A stretch of 64,000 bases of DNA from Eledone cirrhosa (lineage: Eukaryota). Shown in pieces: positions 41,539-54,672 of this stretch. Position numbers and translations under genes: made by a program. How positions within the stretch are numbered: the first letter of the stretch is position 1; the number at the start of each line of letters is the position of its first letter. The stretch covers positions 51,150,001 to 51,214,000 of the forward strand of contig OZ024740.1 in NCBI GenBank assembly GCA_964016885.1, given 5' to 3'. The notes beneath the pieces were generated by a model, which saw only the letters and a list, made by a program, of their open reading frames with translations, was not told where the DNA came from and did not search any database.

Positions 41539-42300
41539 ATGGCGACAAGACTACGGATGAACGAAGCTATTAGGGCATTTACCGGGGAAGGTGATGTTGT
41601 CGCTTGGCTGCGGAAGGTTCGGCTGGTCGCAAGCTTGCAGAAGATAGAGGACGTGGCCGGCCTCATGGCACTGTACATCGAGGGCGACGCGTTGGTACTC
41701 TTCCTTGAGTTGGACGAGCACAGCCAAAGAGATGCGCAGAAGATTGAGAGGCGTCTGATGGATGCATTCGCCGAGGGACCGTTGGCGGCTTTTGCTAAGC
41801 TGGCGAGAATCAGGTGGAATGGTGAGCGCGTCGACATTTTCGCAGCGGAAATACGGCGGTTGGCCATGTTGGCCGGTTACCAGGTGGAATGCGAACGCAC
41901 GGTGCGGTTGGCGTTCATCAATGGATTTCCGGACGACATAGCGGTGAAACTGCAGCAAGTCCCGGGTTATAAAGAGATGGAAATGCGTTCACTGGTGGAA
42001 CAAGCCCGGATCATAGCGGAAGATGCCAAAAAGAGTGTTGCGGCGATAGCAACTACGGAGGCTCAGGACACCTGGCAGCGAAATGGTGAAAGGGAGGCAA
42101 CCTCGGCACACGGCCGCCCGCGTGCGTTTAGAGGGCGCTGTTTTCGGTGCCAGGGCTCGCACATGGCTAGAGACTGTAGAGAGTCGAAGCCGGAGATAAT
42201 TTGCTACCGGTGTAAGCGACCAGACCACATCGCTACTAACTGCGACCAGGGAAACGATCCAAGGGGAACTACTGCGCCGGTAGTTGCCCCTTACGAGTAG
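41539..42300 (+). CDS. Retrotransposon Gag with two CCHC zinc knuckles
   Basis: Open 253-aa ORF containing CFRCQGSHMARDC and CYRCKRPDHIATNC. Confidence 0.9.
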   Translation: MATRLRMNEAIRAFTGEGDVVAWLRKVRLVASLQKIEDVAGLMALYIEGDALVLFLELDEHSQRDAQKIERRLMDAFAEGPLAAFAKLARIRWNGERVDIFAAEIRRLAMLAGYQVECERTVRLAFINGFPDDIAVKLQQVPGYKEMEMRSLVEQARIIAEDAKKSVAAIATTEAQDTWQRNGEREATSAHGRPRAFRGRCFRCQGSHMARDCRESKPEIICYRCKRPDHIATNCDQGNDPRGTTAPVVAPYE

Positions 42301-42306
42301 CGGCGC
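42249..42306 (+). promoter_or_regulatory. -1 programmed ribosomal frameshift signal (G GGA AAC plus H-type pseudoknot)
   Basis: Heptamer is in the correct Gag phase with a 5-nt spacer. Stem AAGGGG-AACTAC / GTAGTT-(G)-CCCCTT. Loop GCGCCG is complementary to downstream CGGCGC (42301-42306). The -1 frame is open into the protease. Confidence 0.8.
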
Positions 42307-45125
42307 TGCCCGTGGTAGAAGTCTTCGTGAGGGGGAAGCCACAGCGAGCCCTCGTGGATACGGGCTGTACGACGACACTGGTGACCGCGGGGGTGGAGCA
42401 GAGGTGGGGAGGGAAGAGCAGTGTAAGGGCAGTCGACGGCAGGAAAATTGAATTCCGAGGTCGCAGCGAGATGGAAATAGCGGTATGGGGAAGGAGGATA
42501 AGGCTTTCCGCCATCGTGGTAGCCAGTGTGGTGGATGGGATCGGCGTGGTTATGGGCATGGACGCGATTGGCCGTCTAGGGGGCGTCACGGTGAACAATG
42601 TTGGTGTGTCGTTTGGCGCCGCTGCATCGGTATGCGCTGTGAGTGCACGTCATGAGAACCAGAAGGCCCACGAGGAGGAATACCCCGCTTACACTGTACA
42701 GGACAAAGACTTCAAGGCCGTGTTTGATGGGCAGCGATGGGTTGTTGAGTGGTACTGGAAGGGAGAACCACCAACACTGAAGACCAAAGTGGGCTGCTAT
42801 CAACACACATTGAAGGGAAACGCTAGGAGCGAGTTCGAGCGAGAAGTAGAGAGATGGATCGAAGAGGGCATACTGCTTCCCTGGAAGGAGGAGGTGAAGT
42901 GCGGAGTATTGCCGTTAATGGCGGTGGTGCAACCCACGAAGAGCAAGGTGAGGCCGGTGCTGGACTATCGGGAGCTGAACGAGCACGTGTCATGCCACAC
43001 GGGTGGCGAGGTCACGGATGTCTGTGGGGAAATCCCTGCGTGAGTGGAGACGCATGACGGGGGATTCAGCGATCGTGGATCTAAAGTCGGCTTACTTGCA
43101 GTTGCATATAGATGAGAAGCTCTGGCGGTATCAGCTGGTCAGGTATAAGGGCCGGACATATTGCCTGACCAGGCTCGGTTTCGGGCTGAGCTCCGCACCG
43201 AAGATCATGGCGGCGGTCCTCAAGACCGCTCTGGGGAGGGCCGACAAGATAAAGAGGGCTACTAACTCCAATATTGACGACATCCTAGTGGACAAGTTGG
43301 TGGTGTCGACGGCGGAGGTCACGAGCCATTTGCGGAGGTATGGACTGACTGCGAAGCCATCAGAAGCATTGGAGGGAGGAGCCGCGCTGGGACTTAGGCT
43401 ACGGCGAGACAAGACGGGCGTTTTGGTGTTCCAGAGGGGAAACGAAGTTCCGGAACTGGGCCCAAGTATGAGTAGGCGGGAGCTTTTCTCGGTGTGTGGA
43501 AAGCTGGTGGGTCACTGCCCGATCGCTGGGTGGCTCCGGGCGGCATGCAGCTATGTCAAGAGACGAGCGGGAGGGGTGACCTGGAGTGACGGAGTGGGAG
43601 AGAGGACGGTGGTCATGATGCAGGAGATCATGGGGAGGGTGAAGGCCGACGACCCAGTGCGGGGACACTGGTATGTTCCCAAATCACAGAGCGGGACCGT
43701 ATGGTGCGATGCCAGCAGCATAGCGCTGGGTGTCACGTTGGAGATAGGATGTGTTGAGGTCGAGGATGCAGCCTGGCTTATAAAGAAGGACGACTGCAGC
43801 CACATCAATGTGGCCGAGCTGGACGCGGTGTTGAGAGGGGTGAACCTCGCCCTGCGGTGGGGGCTGCGCACCATCGAGATACACACCGACTCGTCTACTG
43901 TACTCGGATGGGTAAGATCAGTGCTCACCAGTGAGAAGAGAGTGCGAACGAGAGGCGCGGCAGAGATGCTGATAAAGCGCCGCCTGGGAACGTTAGGAGA
44001 GCTGGCCACCGAGTTCGACCTGAAGCTGAGCGTAGTGTTCGTGCCCTCAGAGAAAAATAGGGTGGACATCTTAACTAGAGTGAAGAAAGCCTGGATGGAA
44101 GCGCCGGAGGAGGTAGAGGATGAGATAGCTGCCGTGTGTCGGCTGACCGAGTCAGACCTGAAGGGGTTGCATGACATGCACCACATGGGGGTGGATAGGA
44201 GCCTGTTCCTAGCCAGGAGAATCGACTCGGACGTTAGCAGACACAGTGTTCGGGGGTGGTTAGAGGCTGCGTCCGATGTCAGTCCATTGATCCCGCCCCG
44301 GGTGTACACGAAACGGGAAGCCTCCCGGTGGATCGCGACTGGAAGCGATTAGCGGTGGATGTGACGCACTACCGGCAGGGAAAGTACCTCTCGATGGTCG
44401 ACTGTGGACCAGGTCGAATGGCGATATGGAGGGAGATGAGGACTGGAACGGCCGAGGAAATCGTGCGGACGTTGAGAGAGGTGTTCTTGGAGCGGGGCCC
44501 TGTGGACGAACTGCTGATGGACAACAGCGCAGCGTTCCGCTCGGAGGCACTGAGGGAGATGCTCGATGGATGGAAGGTGGACCGTTTCTTCAGAGCGGCG
44601 CACAGGCCGAGCGGGAATGGAATCGTGGAGCGACACCACCGGACAATCAAGGCAATGGCGGAGCGGGGCCATATCTCACCAATGGAGGCAGTGTTCTGGT
44701 ACAATATGTCCCCTCGGGTTGGACAGGTCGAGGAATCGGTGCCACACAGAGCAGTATTCAAATACGAGTGGCGGCACCCGTGCACGCCACCACAACGGCC
44801 AGTTGGGAGAGAGAGTGCATTCGTGCAGGTGGGCGAAGAAGTCTAGGTTAAGCCCCCAGATGCACGTTGCACATCTCAATGGGGAAGAGGAACGGTGACG
44901 GCCGTAAATTCAAAGATCAATGTGTCCGTGGACGGGGTACCACGTCATGTCCTGGATGTAAGAAGAATCACTGTGTCGACGGACTCCGAGGAAGAGGAAA
45001 CCCAAGATGAGGTGGAAACCCAGAGCTCTGCCCCAATACTACGAAGATCGCAACGAAGTCGTAGACCACCAACCTGGACAGCAGACTTTCATATGCAGAG
45101 GGACGAGGGGGAAATTGATCTTTGA
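42249..45125 (+). pseudogene. Retrotransposon Pol (protease, RT, RNase H, integrase), disrupted
   Basis: Motifs LVDTG (protease), DLKSAY...GFGLSSAP...NIDD (RT, Y>N), WCDAS...HINVAEL...HTDS (RNase H), HxxHH/CxxC with D..D..E (integrase). Frameshifts near 43030 and 44255, stop at 44844-44846. Confidence 0.9.
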
Positions 45126-45384
45126 GATGGGGGGGGTATGGTGTGGCGTGCGGTGGCCGGAGGCGGGGGAGTGCTCGACCGGAAGGGGGTTTGGCCGGAA
45201 GGATGCTCGACCAGAAGGGCCAGTAGTGGGCCTCTCTTTAGTGGTGACCAGCAAACGGTGTGGACGCGAGTTTTGGGCAGCTCCCGGTGTTAAGCAGTTG
45301 GACGCACGTGGAAGAGGAGTAACCTGCAGTGGAGTTTAGCGGCGCCTACGAAAAGCGGTGAGATAGCTTTTTCTAACCACAAAG

Positions 45385-45600
45385 AGGAACAGGAATAAGG
45401 CTGCGAGTAATTGTGATCGACCATGTGGTGGATGGAGTTGATATGGTGATGGACATGGATGCAATTTGTCGTTTAGGAGGTTGTTACAGTTAGTGAGGAT
45501 TGGTTAACATTTGGTGATACGAGGTCACCGTGCGCCGTGAGTGTGCAACAGGATAGTGAGGTGAGTGCTGAAGAAAAGAGTACTGCACAAGGATTTGGGG
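45385..45600 (+). mobile_element. Decayed protease remnant of a related LTR element
   Basis: IRLRVIVIDHVVDGVDMVMDMDAICRLG compared with the intact IRLSAIVVASVVDGIGVVMGMDAIGRLG. Confidence 0.75.
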
Positions 45601-45639
45601 GCAGTTTTTTTTTGTATATGTGTCGTAGAAAGCGAAGGG

Positions 45640-46272
45640 ACCTACATTTGCATCTCCACTTGAGTCCTGACTTAATCTCCCTGCGCGAGTGATCACAATC
45701 TTGAATATGCACGTCCACGTGGTACGGCTTCCTGACGAAAGAGAGCGCAAAAGACCCGGGAGCTTCTGATGTCACATCACTGGTCCGATGCTTCCAGCAA
45801 GACCTCCCCTACACTTCCGGCACCCCAGCTCCAGCGCTCCCCTGATCTCAAGAATTAATCACGCTATCATAACACTCCATGTCCAAGTCCATCATCCACC
45901 TGAGTGATCGGCGTTCCCTTTGCGATGTCCGCACAGTTCGGGAGGCATTCCTTCTCTTCTCCGAAGTCCGTCAAATCAACGACTCTACGGACATCCAAGA
46001 CGTGACGCGGCATTCCGTCAACAGAGAGATTGTTTCGAGAATTTACAGCCGTTACCGTTCCCTTTCCTCATTGAGAAACGCAGCGCACATTCGGGGGTTT
46101 GACCCAGACTTCTTCGCCCAATTGTACGAACACATTCTCTCTCTTCTACAGATCGTTGTGCACAGATATCGCCATTCATATCTATATATATCGCCCTATG
46201 TGGCACCGACTCTATTAGTGAAATGTGCCCCCTCTCCGCCATGGCCTTGATCATGTGATGGTGTCTTTCCAC
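45640..46272 (-). mobile_element. Inverted decayed integrase/3' remnant of a related LTR element
   Basis: ERHHHMIKAMAERGHIS...ESVPHRA matches the integrase at 44630-44760. Confidence 0.75.
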
Positions 46273-48873
46273 GAGGCAACGCTGCGAGTGTGCTGACTTG
46301 CCTCAAAAGTCATTAGAGAGGTCGCTGAGTAGCCCTCGCTGCTGTCTTTTGCTCTGGTGTTGGCTCGGTTGTTCACCCTTCCTTTACATTTTCTTTACTA
46401 TTTTTTAAACTAGGATTTGTTGTTTTTTTTAGTACTGTTTGGTATTCCTTCTAAAGTTTCCACACAGTTTTTTTTCCTTTCTTCTTTTATTTAAACATTG
46501 CCTTTCTCCCTTCCCTTCCCCTAAACATTTTCCTTACTTTCGTTATTTAATTGTTTTCCCTCTTTCTTTTTCTTTTTGTTATTGCAAACATTATATAACC
46601 GAATTGAAATTTGTCGAATAAATAAAACGTGAGAAAAAAAAATGCGTAAATAACATAAATTGCTCATAATTCGTTCAGAAATACATTACAAATATGTCTA
46701 AACCATGTATAAAAATATTGAACAATAATGATAAAAGAAAGAAAAAAGAAAAAGAAAGGTAACCGGGGGGAAGGGGGTGCAATTCACCACCAAGTGTGAT
46801 GATCAGCCGCACCTCACACCATAGGGGCTAACTGCCCACTTTCAGGCAAGCCAACACGCTTGCAGCATTACCACGAGTGATGGCAAAGCTAAGGCGCTGA
46901 AATAAGCAGGCACCCTCATGGGCATCAGTAAGCTGATCCGCCAGTGATGACAAGATATTCAGAGAGAGAGAAAGAGTAATGTCCCACAAAAGTCTAGAAA
47001 CGGCTTAAACTATAGATCTTTTGATCTATAGGAAAGTTTAACAATATTGCGTTAGCTTTTATAAAGTCGTTTTACAATCTTTGATTTTACAGAACAAAGA
47101 AAAATTGATACTATTTGAAATTAATCTACCCTCTAGCTTTTATCTATATACTACTTACAGACCGTACTAACGAAGCTAAACACTTCAGAAGCAATGTTAT
47201 GCGGTATATTGCTGTGTTTTAGATGACGTCCTTTGGAGCTGAAAAAGATCATACTGACTATGGTTATTTCACAACATTTAAAATCCAAGGCCAATGCTAC
47301 CATTTAATCAACAGTTTACTCCCCCAGCCTAATAAGGACGTTTTATGATTGTTTTGTTTATGTCTCTCTCACACGCATTCACACACCCACATGATGTACT
47401 TAGAATACAACTTTTCTGTTCTATGCTTTTGGTCTTTTTAGAAACTAGCATTACACACCAGCGTTACTGGGATGCAATATTAGTTAAGATCTAGCGATTT
47501 ACTTTTATTTATTATTGGCAGTGTTGGTGAAAGGTCGGACACCATGCTTTGCAGCATAGAGTTACGGACCTTTACGGTCTGATTTCAATTCCCACTGAGG
47601 TTAACTTTGCCTTTCATCCTTACGGGGTCGATAAAATAAAGTACCAGTAATGCACTGGAATAATTGCTGGCCTTGTGCCAAAAATAGAAACTGATTATTA
47701 TTATTAATTTTTTTTTTTTTGCATACTTAAGTGACTGTGTGAATAGACAATTTTTAACGAATTCATAGTTTATACTTTTGTTTTAAATACATCATAAAAC
47801 TGACAGGAAAAATTGTACTTGCATTGAGTTCCATATTGCAACGTTGCATACCTTTCTATTGCTATACGACTAAATGTAGAAAAAAATACAAGAATATTCT
47901 CTCTATTTTTTTGCATGTAATATAAGGACAGTCCATTTTTCAATAAGTTCATATAATTTAATTTATCTTGTGCGGAAATTATGCATCTATCGATCTAGGT
48001 TCAAATCTTGGAACAGATATTTTTTATTCAATGGAAATCAATTTTCAAGTCAAAAGATTTAGCAAAAGACTTGATTACTCACTGCTGCTTCTGGTGTATG
48101 TTAGTACGAACGTGTCGGCTACAAAAATTACACATCGGCTGACTGTCATCAATAAGTAAGCATGTCATTGTATAAAATTGAATAAGCTGCAAAATTAAAT
48201 TTGTATGATTCGTGTATGTATTGTTCGCACGTTCCAAATTAGTTTTCCAATTTTAATATATTCTATTTGCTACACACGTGCCCTCCTAAAATCATAGCTA
48301 CGAAGTATCCGAGAGTCGATAGAAAAAATTGTTAAATTCTAACTTCATGTTCCTAGAAGGACTTGTCTCTCGTTCACATCCATCCATTGAAGTGGATCTA
48401 TCATCAAGAAAAGCAACTTTTATGTGAATGAGACAAAATCAATAGCTTCATGTTAAATCTGAAAGCTCTTTGTTTGGATTTTCCCCAACAGAATATATAT
48501 ACAAGAAACTTCAATCCAAAATGAAGTTGTATCCGAAACATCAATCCAAGGTACATTCTGTAGCTACTTCCATTGAAAATTTATTTCCGTTATTTTCTTT
48601 AAAATATTTTGAAATGTCTAAGTTGTAGATTTGGTAGGTTAAAGACACTTATTTTATGGATTCTAAGACATTGAAATTATTGGGTAGCTGCTGCACAAGT
48701 TCAATGGCAAATTTAATGCAGCTGCCGTCATCATTTAAAGTAGGTCCAATGTTTTTCGACCTCCACATGGTGGGCTTTGGAAACTGATCACTGATCAGGG
48801 GAACGACAACAACCTGAGACAGTAGCAGCAAATCAATAATATACTTATCTGTGGATTTTGTACAAGTCTTGTA

Positions 48874-51800
48874 ATGCATCCCTGACGACTGCAGCCTGAT
48901 AGTGACCAGGAATACGTGCCGTCTTCAGGACAGGCATCACGTGATGACTTATTGGATGGCATCACTATGCTGCAACTGAATGTAGAAGCCCTCACCAAAG
49001 CCAAAGTTGAACATCAGTGAATAAGACACATAAGGTCACAGCAGTTTTCTTTCAAGAGACACATACAACTGATAGTTTTTGACTAAAAATCTCTGGCTTC
49101 ACCTTATCTGCACACACTGTGAGTGACATCCATGAGATTGCTACCTTTGTCAGAAATACAACTGGATGGAAAGCATTAACCTCATCCCCATCAGATAAAC
49201 TGTGGAATAGGCAGCAACCCTAATTGAAGAGGTTACTGTTGTGAATGTCTACAAACCCCTCATCTTGATTTCAAGCAGATTCTTTCTTTGTCTTTGACAC
49301 ACCCTGGATTTATGCTGGCAATTTTAACAGCCACAGCAGCACGTGGGACTATAGGATCACCAATAGATGGTGTTGCACTAGAGGACTGGTTCCCAATAGC
49401 TTAACTGAAAATGCTATTCAACCTTCAGCAGCTGGACTGCTTCCATTCAAGAAGTTGAAATAAAACCTCAAATCTTGACTTTGCTTTCACCAATTTGAAA
49501 GGCCTGTCCTCACATCACCTAATCCTGGGGTCCTCTCCAAAATCACAGTACAGACCTTCCCTGATCATTAAATTGAACCAATTCTAACCAAAACAGTTGG
49601 AATTCCCACCAACTGGGAACCGTTTGCAAAACTAGCAGATACTGAAGTATTGAGTCTTCCTACACCAGACCCATGCCTACACAGATTTTTGTAAACTTCT
49701 CATCAAGGCAGCGATGAATTTCATTCCATGTGGCTTTTGCTGACACTACATCACCACTAGGGATTAGGAATGTGATACCCTCTATGATGAGTTCTTGCAT
49801 GCTGAACATGGGGAAGATACATTAGACCTGATTGGTGGCTTCAATAGGAAATACTGAGAGTGTTGGGAAGAAACAGTTCAAGGGATAGACTTTACCCACT
49901 CCTGCAGGATTACCTGAAAGTCATTCAAAAACCTCACTGGCAGCAGTCGTAAATCTGCATGTCCAGTTTTGACTAACTCACTAAACAACACCTTTCAAAT
50001 GGGTGTTTTAAGAATACACCCACTTTGTGAAACAAGAAACCACCAACTTGTGGCCAGCTCCAGATTTGTCTGCTTTCTTTTCACAAAATGAGCTAGCTTC
50101 AGTAATATGTCAACTGGTAAAGCCCAGGGACCCAACAATATTCCCCCAGAATTCTTGATATATTGCGGAGCCAAGATGCAGAGAGTTCTACTCTTGCAGT
50201 TTTATCAACCTAACCATACCAAATATCTATCAGAAGGCTACTGTAATTGCTCTTCCAAAACCAAACAAACCTGTAAATAATCCAGAGCTACAGATCAATC
50301 ACTGCCTTGTGTGTCCCCTTCAAACTCCTCAAATGACTTCTTATAGCCAGACTGGAACCAATAGTGGACCCACAACTGCATGTTTTGCCGTGGTTGGAAC
50401 ACAGTACATTAGATTCTCAAGGTAGCCAATGACATTGAAGACTGCTTCTAAAAGGCTGACACTATCTTGGTTGACCTCACCACAACCTATGACACTGCGG
50501 CTCTAGGGCCTAACCATCACATAGTGCAGCTTATCTGCGACACTCTAGACAACTGAAGATTTGTCCTGAAGACCAGCAATGGACAAGCCACCAGACTGTA
50601 CCACCTTCATAATGGAGTTCCTCAAAGCTCAGTACTATCCCCCATCCTCTTCAACAGTGACATACCACAAACAACATCATGACAGTATGGCTATGCTGAT
50701 GACATTGCCCTTCTCACTCTGATAGAGTCTTGACTAACACAGAAAGCATATTAACAGTAGACATGATCCAATTGGTTACATATTTCAAGACCTGGAGATT
50801 AAAGCTGAGCATGGCAAAGACAACTGCAACAGCATTTCACCTGAATACCAGGGAGGCCTATTGTCAGCTCACCATTAACCTCAATGGCACACTCCTCCCA
50901 TATAACACCACTCCAACCTATCTCAGAGTGAAATTGGACCAACAGCTGACCTACAAACAGCACCTCGAGTCCTTATATGAAAAAGGTCCACAAACAACCT
51001 TCTATGTCACTTGACAAGCTCATCATATTAGCCCATCCAGCCTATATACCAGTGCTCTAGCCTTACTCTACTATGCTGCAGAGTATGCCTTTCTTATATG
51101 GTGCCGGAACTGCCATATTAAGAAGCTAGATACACCTTAAAGCTCATCACTGGATGTCTCCATTGTATACAAACTCAATATTTATCTACCTGTGCCCTCA
51201 GGTATTGCTCTTGCATCCCTTTGTAGAGAGCATCACACAGACAGGTTGATAACCAAAGTCTCAGTAGACCCAAGTCATCTGCTCCATAACATTGCTGAGG
51301 ATTCTCAGCTACTAAATCAACATCATTTGATGTCACGCCACCCTTTCTCTCGTCATACAGCAAAGCTGCTTCTTCTTCTTCACCCACTTATTCCTGAGAA
51401 GGTCGTGGGAGCAGAGTCCTCAAACACTCCCACCAGTGGGTCCTGTCAGAAGCAACTGTCTTCAACTGATCCGGTTGGATCCCCAAGCATGATGAGCCAA
51501 GCTCATGGATGTTATCCAACCATCTTGCTGATGATTTCATACAAATGAAACATTACTCCAAAGTCTCTTTGGAGGAATCCCATTTTGGCCGCTTGTATTC
51601 ATGATCATATTCTTTTCATCATTACCCACAAATTTCAACATGCTTCAGACATGGAAAGCTAACTGGCAACAGACTTTTCAATCAGCCCAATTGAATGTCA
51701 ACCCCAATACAGCCTTCCTATCAGGTTCTAACCTCTCTTGGAGGGAGTGGATGTCCATGAATTGGCTTTGCACAGGAATCGGAAAATTCAGTGCACCCAT

Positions 51801-51895
51801 AGACCACTGGGGGCTGCAGCCATCAGCAGCTTGCCAGTGTGGTTCGCCAGAGCAAACAGCAGAACATGTACTGTGTGGGATGGTTGCAACACTGG
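48874..51895 (+). mobile_element. Decayed Vingi/Ingi-like LINE (APE endonuclease, RT, C-terminal Cys/His motif)
   Basis: Motifs MLQLNVEALTKAK and FLQETH (APE), NGVPQSSVLSPILFN and YGYADDIAL (RT), YFKTWRLKLSMAKT, WGLQPSAACQCGSPEQTAEHVL. Many stops and frameshifts. Clade assignment is by motif recall. Confidence 0.75.
51365..51615 (-). mobile_element. RTE-type LINE fragment inserted into the Vingi-like element
   Basis: Minus strand reads IQAAKMGFLQR..GV, an RTE C-terminal-like motif, interrupting the plus-strand element after RHPFSRH. Confidence 0.5.
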
Positions 51896-54032
51896 AGTGA
51901 TGTCACATGGTTACTGTCTCATATGAAAGAAAGCATTACCATCAATTTTCCCTGCTGGCAAGGGTTGGATGGGTCATCAGCAGACTGGATTGGTATTCAA
52001 AGCAGAGGTACTGGATCTTGCTTACGTCTCTGCACATTACTGAGTGATTAGATGAGCCAGTGGCCTGTGATTTGCTTACACAATATCTTGCGCACTACGG
52101 AGTGCATTTTATCGTAACACTAACACTAGTAAGCTGTCATGCCCCCCGTAGAACTGGAGAGCAGGGTGGGGCACACAGTGATGGTGAGAGTAACTAAGGA
52201 GTGATAGTGGAGGTGAGTGAATGGGATGTTCAATGATAGTGGTGGTAGCTATTAAAAAATGACAGTGGAAGAGACGGAGTGTACTGGGTCAGCAAGTAAG
52301 TCTTCCCCAGAACAGCATGATGCCAATCCTCACTGTCCTTTCTGTTGTGAAGTTCAGCTTCTTAAGGCCTGTCTCCACTACTTCATCCCATTTTTCCTGA
52401 ATCTGCCTCTTCCATGAGTCCCATCCATTGAGATTTCTTTCCATCTCTTTATACAGCTGTCATCTTCCATGTGCATATGTCCATATCAATGCAGTCTTCT
52501 CTTTTGTACATTGCATCCAATTTCTTTTAACCCAAGTTTTTTTTTCTCAAGGCCCATGTCTCACTGCCATGTACCATTGTAGTTCACACTGCTTGCAGAG
52601 GAAATTTACATTGAGATTTCATTCTTATATTGAAAACCTAGGTAGGGCTTTAGATCTATAAAATCAGGATGACATTTATCTTACTTAATTTTTTTCTTTA
52701 TATAAGAATAGTAGAACTAAGGGAATCTATAAGATATTGCAAATTATTCAATAACTTAGTCAGATCTTGTATTTCAGCCTTAAAAAGTGTGTTAATTCTT
52801 TGCACTTGAGGAAATATTTGCTTCAAAATCACAAAAACAAAATTCTTAGTCATTAAACACAGAATCCAGAATTTCAGCAATATACCATCCTTCGACATTT
52901 TTATGCTAGAATGACAAATGAAGGCATGTGGCTTGGTGGTTAGAGAATTGGATTCACAATCGTGAGGTTGTGAGTTTCATTCCCAAACCAAGCGGTGTGT
53001 TATGTCCTTGAGCAAGACACTTTATTTCATGTTGCTCTGTCTGTCAGAAATGGAGACCAGTAGATAGTATCAGCAATGGAATGACCAATGGAAACTTTGT
53101 TTCCTTGGTCTTATTTGAAGAGTTTCACCCCACTCAGTAAGTGAATGAGGTCTGGGATCTTGATGATCGATAGAATGACAACATAATTAAACCCATTGCT
53201 TAAAAGTTTTTGTAACCGCAAATTTGATTAAGACCCAATAGTTGTACAAGGTGAGACAAACTTTCACACTAACTTGCTGTCATTTATTGAGACAAATAAT
53301 TACTTATATTTTGCCTGGAAGGCAAAAGAATGCTGAAATTGGTTATAAGTTTCTTTGATTGGCAGTAGCATTTAATGCTGCAAATTGCACTGAATGAGTA
53401 TACCACTATGCCAACCACTGGGTATGACTCCATCTCGTATTACCTGATTGTGTTCAGTTACTACATCTCTATACTATTTCAGCATCTCAGTAACTATCTC
53501 TGATGGTCCAGTGGCTTTACCATTTCTCATCTGCCTTAATTGCTTCTTTGACTCTATAACTGTCAATTTCGATAGCTGATCCCTATGTTATGTCAGCTGG
53601 AGATAGTCTCTCTTCCTCCCGCTCATTGTCAACATTCATCAGCCTCTCAGAGTAGATATAAGTGTGTGTGTGTACAAGTTACTATTCAAATTTGTCTAAC
53701 CTACTACAACTATTGTCAAAGATTTGTATTGACAACGTTGAGTCTTTTAGTTTGCTCTTTGCACCAATAAACCCCTCCTAGCTAAGTTTCTTCCTATGAT
53801 CTCCATCCATACCTCAGCTTTTGGATCGGAGTTTCTTATCGGATTACACTACAGCAGTCTGTGGCTTATAGTGTGTATCAGAGAGAATTCTCTTAACTTT
53901 GCTGCACCTCAGGTTTCAGTTATGACTCCCACTCTTCCTGCGTCATATTAATTACCTTATTTCATGTGTAGCAATTGTGTTGTTGAAATAGACTAAGTTG
54001 CCATGTCCTCTTTAGAAGAGGTATTGAAAATC

Positions 54033-54672
54033 ACCATCATCATTTTATGTCCGCTTTTCCCTGCTTGCAAGGGTGGGACGGGTCTTATTCAGCACAGCAT
54101 CTCTCCACTTGTCACGGTCCTTCATCATTTCCTCCATGCGCATCACATGTCCATACCACCTCAGTCTCCTCTCTCGCACACTACATTCTATCCCTCTCAG
54201 ACAGTTTCTCTTTCAACACATCCATGCTGGGTCATTCACGCACATTGACATTGCACATCCAACGGAGCATGCTTGCCTCATTTCTCTCCAGCCGTCGCAT
54301 ATCCTCTGCAGTTGCTGCCCATGTCTCACTACTATGCAGCATCGCGCTCCTCACACAGGCATCATATAACCGGCCTTTCGTACGCAGGGAGAAACCCTTC
54401 TTCGTCAGCAGAGGAAGCAGCTCCCTAAACTTCTTCCAACCTGTCCTTATTATAGATACTATGGCCTCGGAACACCCCCCCCCCCCTCCCATGCTAATCT
54501 GATCTCCTAGGTACCGGAAGCTATCCACCACTTCTATAGCACTCGCCTGCATTTCAAAAATGTGTCTATCAATGCGACTTCTACTGTCTAATTTCCCTGT
54601 ACATCTACTGCATACGTATTTCTCCCTACCTGTTAGTTTGCCTGCTATCCCACTACATCTCTTGTGTACCCA
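54033..54672 (-). mobile_element. RTE LINE 3' fragment, same family as 18850-19433, with an internal deletion
   Basis: Near-identical DNA to 18876-19430 but lacking the segment at about 18961-19083. Extends 5' to WVHKRCSG. Confidence 0.9.

Larger units (their letters stand above)
41246..45381 (+). mobile_element. Near full-length LTR retrotransposon, domain order gag-PR-RT-RH-IN (Gypsy-like)
   Basis: Direct LTRs at about 41246-41471 and 45131-45381, with TGTGG...CCACA termini. G-rich PPT before the 3' LTR. GC- and CpG-rich body against an AT-rich host. No clean TSD (aaaag vs aagag). Confidence 0.95.

Noticed and set aside
43551-44785. Long antisense ORFs inside the LTR element
   Set aside because: Shadow frames of GC-rich pol with no recognisable motifs.
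48670-48875. HDV-like ribozyme or 2A peptide at the 5' end of the Vingi-like LINE
   Set aside because: Plausible by analogy with Ingi/L1Tc, but I could not build the nested double pseudoknot or find an NPGP motif.
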